Assembly (NCBI GenBank): GCA_963681965.1
Contig: OY820579.1
Location: forward strand, 3,136,001 to 3,200,000
Length of the DNA stretch: 64,000 nt
Source: a bacterium
Lineage (GTDB): Bacteria; Electryoneota; JAOADG01
Direction: 5' to 3'
A program made the position numbers and the translations under genes. Shown here in pieces: positions 20,658-30,457 of this stretch (position 1 is its first letter; each line of letters begins with the position of its first letter). Below the pieces are notes generated by a model. It was not told the DNA's origin, did no database searches, and saw nothing but the letters and a program-made list of their open reading frames with translations.

Positions 20658-21379
20658 TATTTATCTCCTCCATCGGGACCAGGACACTGGTCATTAAAAG
20701 GTTCTTCCGGCGGTTTCGGCGCTTCGACTGGTTTTTCCGGCACTGTTGCTACCGGCGGTTTCGGCGTTGCTGGTGCTGCAGTCGGAGCAGCGGCTACCGG
20801 TTTCGGTGCTGCGGCTTTGGCGGCTTTTTCAGCGGCGGCAGCTGCGACCAGTTCATCGCGTTCGGCAGCATTATGCCGTGAATAATTCACAAATAAATCG
20901 TCGCGATTTTGTGCGATATGATGAAAATCGGGAATCATAAAGATTGCGTCGTCGTTGCACACAGTGGTGCAAAGTCCGCAATACAGACACTTCGAATGAT
21001 CGATCGTAAATTCGGCAATATGTAACGGACGGCGTTTGCCATTCGGTCGAGTACCAAGATCTACACCAGCGACCGGCTTCGCTGTGACAATCGTGATGAT
21101 ACCGGGCGGGCAAATCTTGTCGCACTGCATGCAGCCACCACACAAATCGATATCGACCTGAACGCGCTGACGCGATCGTTCGGCAATCGGAATGGATTCA
21201 TGCGGATACTGTACTGTATGACGTTTGATAAAGTAGTGACCGCCAGTGATGCTCAAACCGACAAGTGTCGTATAAAAGCCATCCCAGACTTCCACTAGCC
21301 ATTTTATGAATGGGTTGCGCTTTTCGGAAGATACCGTGTATGAAATCGGTATCCCCAGCGCAGTTCTCATTTGGGCCAT
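20657..21379 (-). CDS. nuoI: NADH-quinone oxidoreductase subunit I (2x[4Fe-4S]) with Ala/Pro-rich tail
   Basis: [17 protein letters not shown] and [11 protein letters not shown] motifs; position between nuoH and nuoJ. Confidence 0.9.
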   Translation of the reverse strand: MAQMRTALGIPISYTVSSEKRNPFIKWLVEVWDGFYTTLVGLSITGGHYFIKRHTVQYPHESIPIAERSRQRVQVDIDLCGGCMQCDKICPPGIITIVTAKPVAGVDLGTRPNGKRRPLHIAEFTIDHSKCLYCGLCTTVCNDDAIFMIPDFHHIAQNRDDLFVNYSRHNAAERDELVAAAAAEKAAKAAAPKPVAAAPTAAPATPKPPVATVPEKPVEAPKPPEEPFNDQCPGPDGGDK

Positions 21380-22419
21380 AACATCGCCACCGTTGCAATC
21401 GCAATGAAATTAACAAGCGCGAGTGGAAGGAACACCTTCCAACAAATGTGCATCAACTGGTCGACACGCACGCGCGGAAGCGTCCAGCGAAGCCACATCT
21501 GTACAAACACTATCACTAATGATTTTAGGACTAACCAAATCGGACCGGGAATAATGCTGAGCCAAGGTGCCGGTGCCAAAGGACCGCCCAAAAAGACGAC
21601 CGAAGCAATCGCAGCAACGATGAACATATTGGCATATTCCGCAAGGAAGAACATCGCGAACCGAATACCGGTATATTCCGTGTGGTAACCCGCAACCAGT
21701 TCCGATTCCGCTTCAGGAATATCGAATGGGGTACGGTTGGTTTCGGCAAGCGATGACCAGAAGTAGATAATAAAGGCAATGATCGTGAAGGGTGGAACCC
21801 GGAACAGATACCAATTCCAGAAGTACCCTTCGCCCGGAAAGCCAACCCTCTGTGCTTCGACGATATCGATAAACGACAGCGATCCAGCCAAAATCACTGG
21901 TAGCATCAATGAAAGCGATACCGGAATTTCATAGCTGACGATCTGAGCAGCGGAACGCATCGCACCATATAGCGCCCACTTGTTGTTGCTAGCCCAGCCA
22001 GCCATCAAAATACCGATCACTGCAGTGCTGGAAAGCGCTACCGCATAATAGACACCGATATTCAAATCACTGCCGATTAAACTGGCACCGAATGGAATAA
22101 CCGCCAATACACCAAGCGAACCGGCAAACACGACATAAGGCGCCAATTTGAACAGTTTCCGGTCGGCTAATGCCGGAATAATGTCTTCTTTAAGGAGCAG
22201 TTTCAAAGCATCGGCTATCGTCTGCGCCCACCCTTGAAAACCGAAACCACCCGTCTCCATCGGACCGTAGCGATCTTGGGCATATCCCGAGACTTTACGT
22301 TCTAACCACACTGCAAACAACGCGAAAACAATCACGAACCCAAGCACAATCCCCATCCAGACGGTCTGCCAGACGATCAAGGGAAGGTTCCATGGGGCTA
22401 AAGGATTGAATACTTCCAT
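21367..22419 (-). CDS. nuoH: NADH-quinone oxidoreductase subunit H
   Basis: [20 protein letters not shown] and [25 protein letters not shown] motifs. Confidence 0.96.
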   Translation of the reverse strand: MEVFNPLAPWNLPLIVWQTVWMGIVLGFVIVFALFAVWLERKVSGYAQDRYGPMETGGFGFQGWAQTIADALKLLLKEDIIPALADRKLFKLAPYVVFAGSLGVLAVIPFGASLIGSDLNIGVYYAVALSSTAVIGILMAGWASNNKWALYGAMRSAAQIVSYEIPVSLSLMLPVILAGSLSFIDIVEAQRVGFPGEGYFWNWYLFRVPPFTIIAFIIYFWSSLAETNRTPFDIPEAESELVAGYHTEYTGIRFAMFFLAEYANMFIVAAIASVVFLGGPLAPAPWLSIIPGPIWLVLKSLVIVFVQMWLRWTLPRVRVDQLMHICWKVFLPLALVNFIAIATVAMLWPK

Positions 22420-23588
22420 TATCGATCCACCTCCCCAAGCACGATGTCAATTGAGCCAAGGATAATAACGAGGTCGGCGATTAACTGATCGCGAGCCATA
22501 TACGGTAACGCCGATAGATTGCAGAATGCCGGACTGCGAACTTTGATGCGCCACGGATTTTTCGTTCCGTCGCTGGCAATAAAGAAACCGATCTCGCCAC
22601 GTGGCGTTTCCGAACGCATATACACATCGCCGATCGGCATCTTCATAAAGTTTTTCGGAACAGAGGCTTTTACATCTTCTTCAGGAATACCATTGAGTGC
22701 TTGGCGAATAATTTTCACACTTTGCATCATTTCCAGTGCTCGGACGATATGCCGATCCCACGAATCTCCAACCGTCCCTTTGGCACCTTCACCGACACAG
22801 ACTTGGAAGTCATACTTCTCGTAGCCTGAATACGGTTCGTCTTTGCGAAGATCCCATTTCACACCACTTCCACGAAGCATCGGACCGGTGCAACCACACG
22901 CGATCGCGACTTCTGGCGGCAATACCCCGACGTTCGCTGTACGGTCAATAAAGATCTTGTTGTAAGTTAGAAGATCGTTGTATTCGCTGACTTTAGTTTC
23001 AAAATAGTCGCAGAATTTCAAACATCGATCGATCCAACCGTCCGGTACATCGTCAACCAACCCGCCGACCATCATATAAGAGTAGAGGAGACGACCACCG
23101 CTCGCTTGCTCAAAGAGGTCCAGAATGATTTCCCGATCACGGAAGCAATAAATAAATGGGGTGGTAGCACCGGCATCCAATCCAAAAGTACCGATGGCGA
23201 TCAGGTGCGAAGCAATTCGATTTAATTCAGCCATCACTACCCGTAACCGTTCGACGCGGTCGGGTAGTTTCAATCCCATCAATTTTTCAACGGCGAGAAC
23301 ATATCCGAAATTCATATTCATCGCGGCACAATAATCGAGTCGATCGGTATACGGCAATACTTGATTGTATGGCAACCCTTCGCAAATCTTCTCAAAGCAT
23401 CGATGCAAATAACCGAGGTGCGGGATAGCTTCATGCACTACTTCACCGTCGGTATGCAGCTCGACACGTAGTACACCGTGTGTCGACGGGTGCTGCGGAC
23501 CCATGTTCAGCGTCATGCTTTCACCGGTAACGCGAACGATCTTGTCCGGTGATGGTCCTAGCGGAATATCGAGTTCGTGTACTGGCAT
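22419..23588 (-). CDS. nuoD: NADH-quinone oxidoreductase subunit D
   Basis: [19 protein letters not shown] and C-terminal [12 protein letters not shown]. Confidence 0.96.
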   Translation of the reverse strand: MPVHELDIPLGPSPDKIVRVTGESMTLNMGPQHPSTHGVLRVELHTDGEVVHEAIPHLGYLHRCFEKICEGLPYNQVLPYTDRLDYCAAMNMNFGYVLAVEKLMGLKLPDRVERLRVVMAELNRIASHLIAIGTFGLDAGATTPFIYCFRDREIILDLFEQASGGRLLYSYMMVGGLVDDVPDGWIDRCLKFCDYFETKVSEYNDLLTYNKIFIDRTANVGVLPPEVAIACGCTGPMLRGSGVKWDLRKDEPYSGYEKYDFQVCVGEGAKGTVGDSWDRHIVRALEMMQSVKIIRQALNGIPEEDVKASVPKNFMKMPIGDVYMRSETPRGEIGFFIASDGTKNPWRIKVRSPAFCNLSALPYMARDQLIADLVIILGSIDIVLGEVDR

Positions 23589-23589
23589 A

Positions 23590-24099
23590 TCAATTCACCG
23601 GTCGAGCGGTACGATGCTCTTCTTCAGCAGCAATTTTCCACTCTTGATAGAATTCGGGTTGCACGTAATCCTTGCGTAGTGGATGTCCCTGCCAATCGTC
23701 AGGCAAAAGAATTCTGCGCAAGTCGGGATGATTCAAGAAAAATACTCCGAACAGATCGAACACTTCGCGTTCATGCCAGTCGGCAGAAGGGTAGAGTTCT
23801 ACGATCGAAGGAACTTCCGGTTTTTCGCGTTGAACGCGTACTTTCAAATTCAACCGTTCGTTACGGGAAAACGCATACAGTATATATACAACTTCGATGC
23901 AATCTTTTCGATCGATTGCAGTGAGACAGTGTAGTGAATCGAAGCGGGCAGCGTCATCGGTTCGTAATGCCCGAACGATTTTTTCGAAACTTATTGCTGG
24001 CAATAGAACTGCTTTTTCACTCTCGAGTGCTTCAACAATCCATTCCGGATTCGCAGTCGGGAATTTGGCAGCGATCCATTCTTTCCAATCGGTCGCCAT
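23590..24099 (-). CDS. nuoC: NADH-quinone oxidoreductase subunit C
   Basis: ADWHEREVFDLFG..HPDLRRILLPDDWQGHPLRKDY. Confidence 0.95.
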   Translation of the reverse strand: MATDWKEWIAAKFPTANPEWIVEALESEKAVLLPAISFEKIVRALRTDDAARFDSLHCLTAIDRKDCIEVVYILYAFSRNERLNLKVRVQREKPEVPSIVELYPSADWHEREVFDLFGVFFLNHPDLRRILLPDDWQGHPLRKDYVQPEFYQEWKIAAEEEHRTARPVN

Positions 24100-24593
24100 T
24101 ATGCCCTCCGCTTCCTGTTTTCAGGATGTTTGATCATTTCCTGCAGTTCCATGATGCCATCAATCAACGCCTCGGGTCGTGGCGGGCAGCCGGGGACATA
24201 CACATCCACCGGAACGATCGTATCGACCCCTTTAAGAACATGATACCCGTTCTGCCAATACGGTCCGCCGCTATTGGCGCATGATCCCATCGAAATCACC
24301 CATTTCGGGTCGGGCATTTGTTCGTAAAGCCGGATCAACCGCGATGCCATTTTAAAAGTCACTGTGCCCGAAACAATCATCGCATCGGACTGACGCGGGC
24401 TTGGGCGAAGAAACACACCGAAGCGGTCTAGATCGAATCGGCTGGCGGCAGTTGCCATCATTTCGATTGCACAGCAAGCAAGACCGAAGGTCTGTGGCCA
24501 AATCGAAGAGGCACGTGCCCAACGGAATAATTTGTCGACACTGGTAATCCAGATCGTGCGTTCGTAAACGCCTTCATCAGGAGGAATAATCAC
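24099..24593 (-). CDS. nuoB: NADH-quinone oxidoreductase subunit B
   Basis: [23 protein letters not shown] and VPGCPPRPE motifs. Start reassigned to the GTG overlapping the nuoA stop (GTGA), with SD GGAG. Confidence 0.95.
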   Translation of the reverse strand: MIIPPDEGVYERTIWITSVDKLFRWARASSIWPQTFGLACCAIEMMATAASRFDLDRFGVFLRPSPRQSDAMIVSGTVTFKMASRLIRLYEQMPDPKWVISMGSCANSGGPYWQNGYHVLKGVDTIVPVDVYVPGCPPRPEALIDGIMELQEMIKHPENRKRRA

Positions 24594-25024
24594 CGTTTCT
24601 CCGCGCGCGGATTGGTTCGTGTTTCGGCACGAGGTGCATGGAGCATCTCGTGTGCGGTTCGAGGTGCAAGTGGACGAATCCATTCGAGATCGCCACGCTT
24701 CCAAACATAAACTAAACCCGGAATCAATAATAACAGGAACAACATCGCTTCAATCCAGCCAACCAAACCGATTTCGCGAGCGATTGCGGCGTATGGGAGT
24801 AGCAAGACAATTTCGATGTCGAAGATGAGGAAGATCAAACCGATGATATAGAAACGGCTATTAAACCGGACCCAGCTTTGTCCTTTGATTTCTTCGCCGC
24901 ATTCATAAGTCGACAGCTTTAAATCGTTCGGGCGTTTCCGAATCAACAACCAATTCAGAAACACAGAAACACCCACAACGACTACGGCTGCGACAATAAA
25001 CAGCAGAACTGGAATGAAATCCAT
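24590..25024 (-). CDS. nuoA: NADH-quinone oxidoreductase subunit A
   Basis: [23 protein letters not shown] and [10 protein letters not shown] motifs. Confidence 0.95.
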   Translation of the reverse strand: MDFIPVLLFIVAAVVVVGVSVFLNWLLIRKRPNDLKLSTYECGEEIKGQSWVRFNSRFYIIGLIFLIFDIEIVLLLPYAAIAREIGLVGWIEAMLFLLLLIPGLVYVWKRGDLEWIRPLAPRTAHEMLHAPRAETRTNPRAEKR

Positions 25025-25139
25025 AAGTTCTCTCTTTAACTCAGCTTTACTCAGCTATTGAATTTACGAAATCAACTCGATTTCGCTTTGATGAAACCGC
25101 CATAAACTTATCAGTTTTTTGCGTCCATTCCAAGCGGGA

Positions 25140-25155
25140 TGTGATACTCTTCACA
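25140..25155. promoter_or_regulatory. CRP-type (or Rex-like) operator upstream of nuoA
   Basis: Perfect TGTGA-tactct-TCACA, 115 bp upstream of the nuoA start. Confidence 0.6.
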
Positions 25156-25299
25156 ATTCCAAGAATTTGAAGAATATACTTGTATAAGGACGATTATTTG
25201 TACCATAAATCGACCGAATTAACGTAATATGACAGGAAATCGTGATTTTCACTTAATTTCACGCTTGTAGTCGGTATCGACAGGGCTTTCAATCCAATT

Positions 25300-26121
25300 C
25301 TAACATCGAACCGAGGAAAATGCTTCCTTTTCCCACTCCTTGACTTTTCGATACTCCGGGTGCATCCGTTCGGCATCGCGAAATGCCTTGTCATGCGGGT
25401 GATGCGTACCCGGCGGTTGGATACTGTGTAATAACTCGTGATAGATCACAAATGAGAGGACATATTCCGGTACCTGTGGTGTATCGAGCAGCGGGTGAAT
25501 TGAAATTCGGTGTAACGCTGCCGAATAGCTCCCTAAATGTCTGGATCGCGCTCGGTTTACCGGTTTCTTACCCCACCCGATTGCGACTTTGCAGGTTCCC
25601 CCAAAAAAAGTATCGTTAACTGTTCGGTACAACTCCTCTAAATTGTAATGCTTCCCCAGTGTTGGCAAATCTTCCCTAGGCTTGCGGAGGCGTTGTTCTG
25701 CTGCTGAGAGCGTCGACAACTCGTGGATGTACTGAGTAATCAATTTCGGAGGTTTCCGACGCGGTCCTTTCAACCACCCTACCAACGCCTCGCACACCGG
25801 GTCTGGCGCATCGATGAAACGTCGGTGAATACGCAACACGATCTCAAGCCCCTCTTGTTTCATTGCCACATAGCGTGTTTTTCCGTACATCCGCTTCACA
25901 ATTAAGGGCTTAGCAAGAAATGGTTGTAGGGAGCGTTGAAGCCAAGCGGCAAACTCGGTAAATCGTTCGGCTTCGAGTTTTTGCTGAGAGCGAGGAACGT
26001 GATCGCTCGAAGCTTGATTGGAGACAACAATCTCTGTGCCTTCGCTGTGAAAAGGCTGAAATACTGGTGGAGATGGAGGATTTTCCTCTTCAAAGAGAGA
26101 GAGTTGTTTTAATCGAGCCAT
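25300..26121 (-). CDS. SprT/YgjP-like zinc metallopeptidase domain protein
   Basis: LGSY...ISIHPLLD..VPEYVLSFVIYHELLH...HDKAF (HExxH plus a third His). Confidence 0.75.
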   Translation of the reverse strand: MARLKQLSLFEEENPPSPPVFQPFHSEGTEIVVSNQASSDHVPRSQQKLEAERFTEFAAWLQRSLQPFLAKPLIVKRMYGKTRYVAMKQEGLEIVLRIHRRFIDAPDPVCEALVGWLKGPRRKPPKLITQYIHELSTLSAAEQRLRKPREDLPTLGKHYNLEELYRTVNDTFFGGTCKVAIGWGKKPVNRARSRHLGSYSAALHRISIHPLLDTPQVPEYVLSFVIYHELLHSIQPPGTHHPHDKAFRDAERMHPEYRKVKEWEKEAFSSVRC

Positions 26122-26194
26122 GAAGACAAATTAAACGATTTTAAAGGTTTATTCAATTCTGATAATTGCCAGAACTGACCTGAAATGGCTAAAA

Positions 26195-26983
26195 TTAGAC
26201 GATCTTATCTGGCTTTCGCTCGACAGCGGCATCGCAAATGGATAAAAACGAATCGGGTTTGAGCGAAGCCCCACCCACTAATCCACCATCGACATCGCGG
26301 CATCGGAATAACTCGTTTGCATTTGCCGGTGTGACACTGCCACCGTACAAAATCCGGAGTACGTTAGCCCACTCGGTACCCCACCCCTCTTTCATCGATT
26401 TCCGAATATACGCGTGTGCTTCTTGCGCTTGTGCAGGCGTGGCTGTAACACCAGTTCCGATCGCCCAAACCGGTTCATAAGCAATGATGATTTTTTCACG
26501 CAATTCTTCCGGTAGCGGGAGTAAATTTTGAAGTTGCTTTGACAAAACTTGGAATGTGTTCTCCGCTTGACGTTCAGCAAGGGTTTCTCCTACACAATAC
26601 ACCACTGAGAGTTGGTGTTTCAGTGCAATTTCCAATTTTCGAGCCAAAAGTGCTTCATCTTCGCCAAAGAGCTGCCGTCGCTCGGAGTGTCCGATCAAAA
26701 CATACCGACAACCGGCATCCACCAGCATCGCAGCCGATACTTCCCCGGTAAAAGCGCCGGATTCGCGATCGGAAAGGTTCTGTGCGCCAACCAAAATATC
26801 TCGTCGCCGCAGCAGATTGCCGATTACAAAGGGAATATCCAGAAAGGCAGGAAACAAGCCAACATCGTAGGTTCGGTCAGTTGGGAGTTTATTAGTGAAA
26901 GCATCGATGAATTGGATCGCTTCACTGGGAGTGAGATTCATTTTCCAGTTTCCAGCTACAAACGGCGTCCGATGAGTACTCAT
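26195..26983 (-). CDS. tpiA: triosephosphate isomerase
   Basis: AGNWKMN, GHSERR, AYEPVWAIGTG, LYGGSV and LVGGASL motifs. Confidence 0.98.
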   Translation of the reverse strand: MSTHRTPFVAGNWKMNLTPSEAIQFIDAFTNKLPTDRTYDVGLFPAFLDIPFVIGNLLRRRDILVGAQNLSDRESGAFTGEVSAAMLVDAGCRYVLIGHSERRQLFGEDEALLARKLEIALKHQLSVVYCVGETLAERQAENTFQVLSKQLQNLLPLPEELREKIIIAYEPVWAIGTGVTATPAQAQEAHAYIRKSMKEGWGTEWANVLRILYGGSVTPANANELFRCRDVDGGLVGGASLKPDSFLSICDAAVERKPDKIV

Positions 26984-27279
26984 TTCGTCTCCTTTTCACA
27001 CATTCCAAATAGTAGATGATTCGTAGCTTGACTTCAATATCAAAGAATACGAATGAAACTTTTTTTTAACAGTGATTAAACATATTTTATTTATCGCTAT
27101 TTAATTTATCGTTACTATTCTAATATATAAACTATATTTCCCTTTTTTAAATTCAATTCCCTCAAATCGTATCAATTGTATCATTCTATTACTTTCTCGT
27201 CATCTATCGGTTTTCCTCAAATTGTTTGCAGACAGGTTTCACCGTACCTTTTTGTTGTTTTAAGTCCCTGAGGCAGAAC

Positions 27280-28119
27280 GTGATTCATCATCTTAATGCG
27301 TTGTTACCGAATCCGCCAGCGCTTGATTTACCTACTACCGAGCGTCTGTTGACGGCTTTTATCCGAACCGAAGTCGAACGTTCCAAATTCAGCCATGTCT
27401 TGTTCGGCTTAAGTGGCGGAATCGACAGTGCTGTCGTAGCGGCACTCTGTGTGCGAGCATTCGGATCCGAAAATTGTCGCGGAATACTGATTCCTTACCG
27501 CACGTCCTCCCCATCGAGTGAAGGCGATGCGCGACTGATTGCCGAAACAATCGGTTTACCGATCGAGAAAATCGATATCAGCGCGATGGCGGATGGCTAT
27601 CCGCTTGAGCTGTCACCTTTGCGTAAGGGTAATTTACTGGCGCGACTTCGAATGACGACTCTGTTCGATATCGCTGCTCGCGACAATGCACTGGTGATTG
27701 GAACTTCTAATAAAACCGAGCTGTTATTAGGATATTCGACTTGGTTCGGCGATGGTGCGTGGGCACTCTGTCCCTTAGGCGATCTATACAAACAACAGAT
27801 TGTAGCACTGGCGAAACATCTGGATTTACCACCGATTATTTGGGAAAAAGCCCCTTCCGCGGATCTCTGGGAAGGTCAGACCGATGAAAGTGAATTAGGT
27901 TTCTCGTACGACGAAGCCGACCAATATCTCTGGATGAGAATCGATCTGCGAATGAAACCGACAACGATCATTGAACAGGGTTTTGATAAAAATATTTCCG
28001 ACCGAATCGAACGGAAGATAGCATTGACGCACTTCAAGCGAAATCAACCGCCAATCGCGAAATTACAAATTCGCTCGGTTGGTACGGATTATTTGTATGC
28101 CCGCGATACCGGTACCTGA
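27280..28119 (+). CDS. nadE: NH3-dependent NAD+ synthetase
   Basis: GLSGGIDSA, GNLLARLRM, GTSNKTE..GYSTWFGDG and KAPSADLW..QTDE motifs; GTG start at 27280 after GAGG. Confidence 0.95.
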   Translation: MIHHLNALLPNPPALDLPTTERLLTAFIRTEVERSKFSHVLFGLSGGIDSAVVAALCVRAFGSENCRGILIPYRTSSPSSEGDARLIAETIGLPIEKIDISAMADGYPLELSPLRKGNLLARLRMTTLFDIAARDNALVIGTSNKTELLLGYSTWFGDGAWALCPLGDLYKQQIVALAKHLDLPPIIWEKAPSADLWEGQTDESELGFSYDEADQYLWMRIDLRMKPTTIIEQGFDKNISDRIERKIALTHFKRNQPPIAKLQIRSVGTDYLYARDTGT

Positions 28120-28861
28120 TTCGCAAGTGACAGGTCGATTGATTTTGGTACCAACACCCATTGGGAATTTGGGTGATATTACTGATCGGGCGAAATTAAT
28201 CCTTCAAACGGCAGATCTGATTGCGGTAGAAGACGCCAACCATTCGCGACCGTTATTGAGTAATCTCGGATGCACCGCACCGCTACTGGTCTATCACGAG
28301 CAAGGATCTTACAAATTTCGTATTGAAAAATTACGACAAGCTCTACTCGATGGTAAAAAGGTTGCGTTGATTTCGTCGGCTGGCACGCCGGGTATTTCCG
28401 ATCCCGGATTTGCGATTGTGCGGGATGCGATCGATCATGATATTCCGGTTGAATGTCTTCCCGGTGCGACTGCGCTAATTCCAGCTCTCGTCGTTTCCGG
28501 ATTGCCCTCACACCGGTTTCTGTTCGAAGGATTTCTACCTCACAAGGGACGACAAACAAGATTGAAAGAAATTGCCATCAACCCTTGCACGACAATTTTA
28601 TATGAATCGCCACAACGACTAGTAAAATTATTGGAAGAATTAATTACTGTCTGTGGTCCCGATCGAAATGGCTGTGTAGTTCGAGAGTTGTCCAAAGTAT
28701 TTGAAGAAGTCACCCGGGGTTCATTGACTCTTCTTAAAAATCAATATGAACACCGTATTATCAAGGGTGAAATCGTTGTTTTACTTTCCGGGTACGACGA
28801 ACCACCAAAACAACGCAATCGATATCAGAGCAGCAATTGTAATCTGCAAGATAAAACTTGA
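28097..28861 (+). CDS. rsmI: 16S rRNA (C1402-2'-O)-methyltransferase
   Basis: PTPIGNLGDIT, AGTPGISDPG, FEGFLP, YESP.RL, RELSK.FEE and KGEIV motifs. Confidence 0.95.
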   Translation: MPAIPVPDSQVTGRLILVPTPIGNLGDITDRAKLILQTADLIAVEDANHSRPLLSNLGCTAPLLVYHEQGSYKFRIEKLRQALLDGKKVALISSAGTPGISDPGFAIVRDAIDHDIPVECLPGATALIPALVVSGLPSHRFLFEGFLPHKGRQTRLKEIAINPCTTILYESPQRLVKLLEELITVCGPDRNGCVVRELSKVFEEVTRGSLTLLKNQYEHRIIKGEIVVLLSGYDEPPKQRNRYQSSNCNLQDKT

Positions 28862-28889
28862 TTTATTTTCAGCTAATTAGAGAGAATTC

Positions 28890-29723
28890 ATGCATCCGGA
28901 GTTATTTCGATTAGGACCATTCGCACTTCACAGTTACGGTCTGATGGTTTTTCTGGGATTTGCCAGCGGCATTTTGTTGGCAGCTAGACGTGCCGATTCG
29001 TATGGGTTTCCACGCGAAATTGTGTACGATGCGTCGCTGTGGATCTTAATCTCTTCATTACTGGGAGCTAGACTTCTCTATATCGTTACACACACCGCCG
29101 AATTTCGGGGTCGCTGGTTAGATACCATTAATCCGATTCAAAGCGATGGTACGATCGGGATTGCCGGATTGGTTTTGCTCGGTGGAGTAATTGCTGCGAT
29201 TGCTGCAATATTACTCTTTTGTCGAGTCAAAAAAATTCCGGTAATGAAGCTTACCGACCTACTGATTCCCAGTCTTGCATTAGGTGAGTTTTTTGGACGA
29301 ATCGGTTGCTTGCTCAATGGTTGCTGCTTCGGATTACCAACCAAATTGGCATGGGGAATTGTTTTTCCCAGTACCTGTATGGCTGGTGAACACTTTCCCG
29401 ATACGACGATTCATCCCACGCAAGCCTATATGTCGCTTGCGGCACTCGCGACCGTGTTCATATTGTTGATGGCGCAAAAACGGTTACACCGTCCGGGTCA
29501 ATTGTTCGGTCTCTACTTGACGATTTACGGTCCTGTTCGCATCGTAATCGAATCGTTGCGCTGGTATGAATCAAGTATGAAACCATTCGAAACTATGGGT
29601 TGGGGAATTACAATTTCGCAGATGTTGTCGGTCGCAATAACGATTGCCGGATTAGTACTACTCTTTGCAAAATTACCGGAAACCCGAGTCAAACCAGCTC
29701 GAAAAGCCTTGGATAAACGATGA
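28890..29723 (+). CDS. lgt: prolipoprotein diacylglyceryl transferase
   Basis: HSYGLM, GARLLY, GRIGCLLNGCCFG and HPTQAY motifs. Confidence 0.95.
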   Translation: MHPELFRLGPFALHSYGLMVFLGFASGILLAARRADSYGFPREIVYDASLWILISSLLGARLLYIVTHTAEFRGRWLDTINPIQSDGTIGIAGLVLLGGVIAAIAAILLFCRVKKIPVMKLTDLLIPSLALGEFFGRIGCLLNGCCFGLPTKLAWGIVFPSTCMAGEHFPDTTIHPTQAYMSLAALATVFILLMAQKRLHRPGQLFGLYLTIYGPVRIVIESLRWYESSMKPFETMGWGITISQMLSVAITIAGLVLLFAKLPETRVKPARKALDKR

Positions 29724-30370
29724 TCATTCAAAACGGTTTGTTTGTAGTCTTCGAAGGTGTCGATGGATCCGGAAAGAGTACACAAATTGAAATGTTGCAA
29801 ACTCGAATGCACACTCAGGGTATTGATCCCTTAGTCGTTCGGGAACCCGGTGGAACGGAATTAGGCGAGAAAGTTCGCGATATTCTTCTATCACATCAAC
29901 AAACCGGAATGCATCCACGTGCGGAAATGTTTCTGTTCTGTGCGTCGCGCTCGCAACTGGTTGCCAGCAAGATTATTCCAACCTTGGAAAATGGTGGTGT
30001 TGTTATTGCCGATCGGTACCGATTATCGACTGAGATTTATCAGGGTATCGGACGCGGACTCCCGTTGGATGATGTAAAGCATGCGCTAGACTTTGCCACG
30101 CAAAATTTGCTTCCCCAGTTTACTTTTATTTTCGATTTATCCTATCAAGATGCACTAACTAGAAAAAACAAAATTGGCGATCAACTTGATCGAATGGAAG
30201 CTGCGGGTGCAGATTTCTTTAGTAGAATTCAAAAAGCATTTGCTTCTGTTAATGATGTTGGGTGCGTCCATATCGATGCCCTGCAAGATGTAAACCAAAT
30301 TCACAACCAGATCTGGCAAACGATCGTTTCACATCAATGGTGGATGAATCGTTCCGGATCACTTAGTTAG
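29720..30370 (+). CDS. tmk: thymidylate kinase
   Basis: FEGVDGSGKSTQ, REPGGT, ADRY..S..YQG and DRME motifs. Confidence 0.96.
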   Translation: MIIQNGLFVVFEGVDGSGKSTQIEMLQTRMHTQGIDPLVVREPGGTELGEKVRDILLSHQQTGMHPRAEMFLFCASRSQLVASKIIPTLENGGVVIADRYRLSTEIYQGIGRGLPLDDVKHALDFATQNLLPQFTFIFDLSYQDALTRKNKIGDQLDRMEAAGADFFSRIQKAFASVNDVGCVHIDALQDVNQIHNQIWQTIVSHQWWMNRSGSLS

Positions 30371-30457
30371 TATCGATCGATTCTTGCTTTCTGACGGAAG
30401 ATGTTACTTCTAATGGATCGTTATTCAGTTTCTAATGGATAAATTCACGAGTGTGTT

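Noticed and set aside
22419-24593. Group 4 [NiFe] hydrogenase interpretation of nuoBCD
   Set aside because: The large subunit lacks both CxxC Ni-binding motifs and ends in the NuoD-type GEVDR.
26984-27279. AT-rich region as a replication origin
   Set aside because: No TTATCCACA-type DnaA boxes were seen. It is adequately explained as the divergent tpiA/nadE promoter region.
27331-27341. Reverse-strand match TCGGTAGTAGG to the repeat core
   Set aside because: Only 11 nt, inside nadE coding sequence, with no hairpin or TIR; likely chance.
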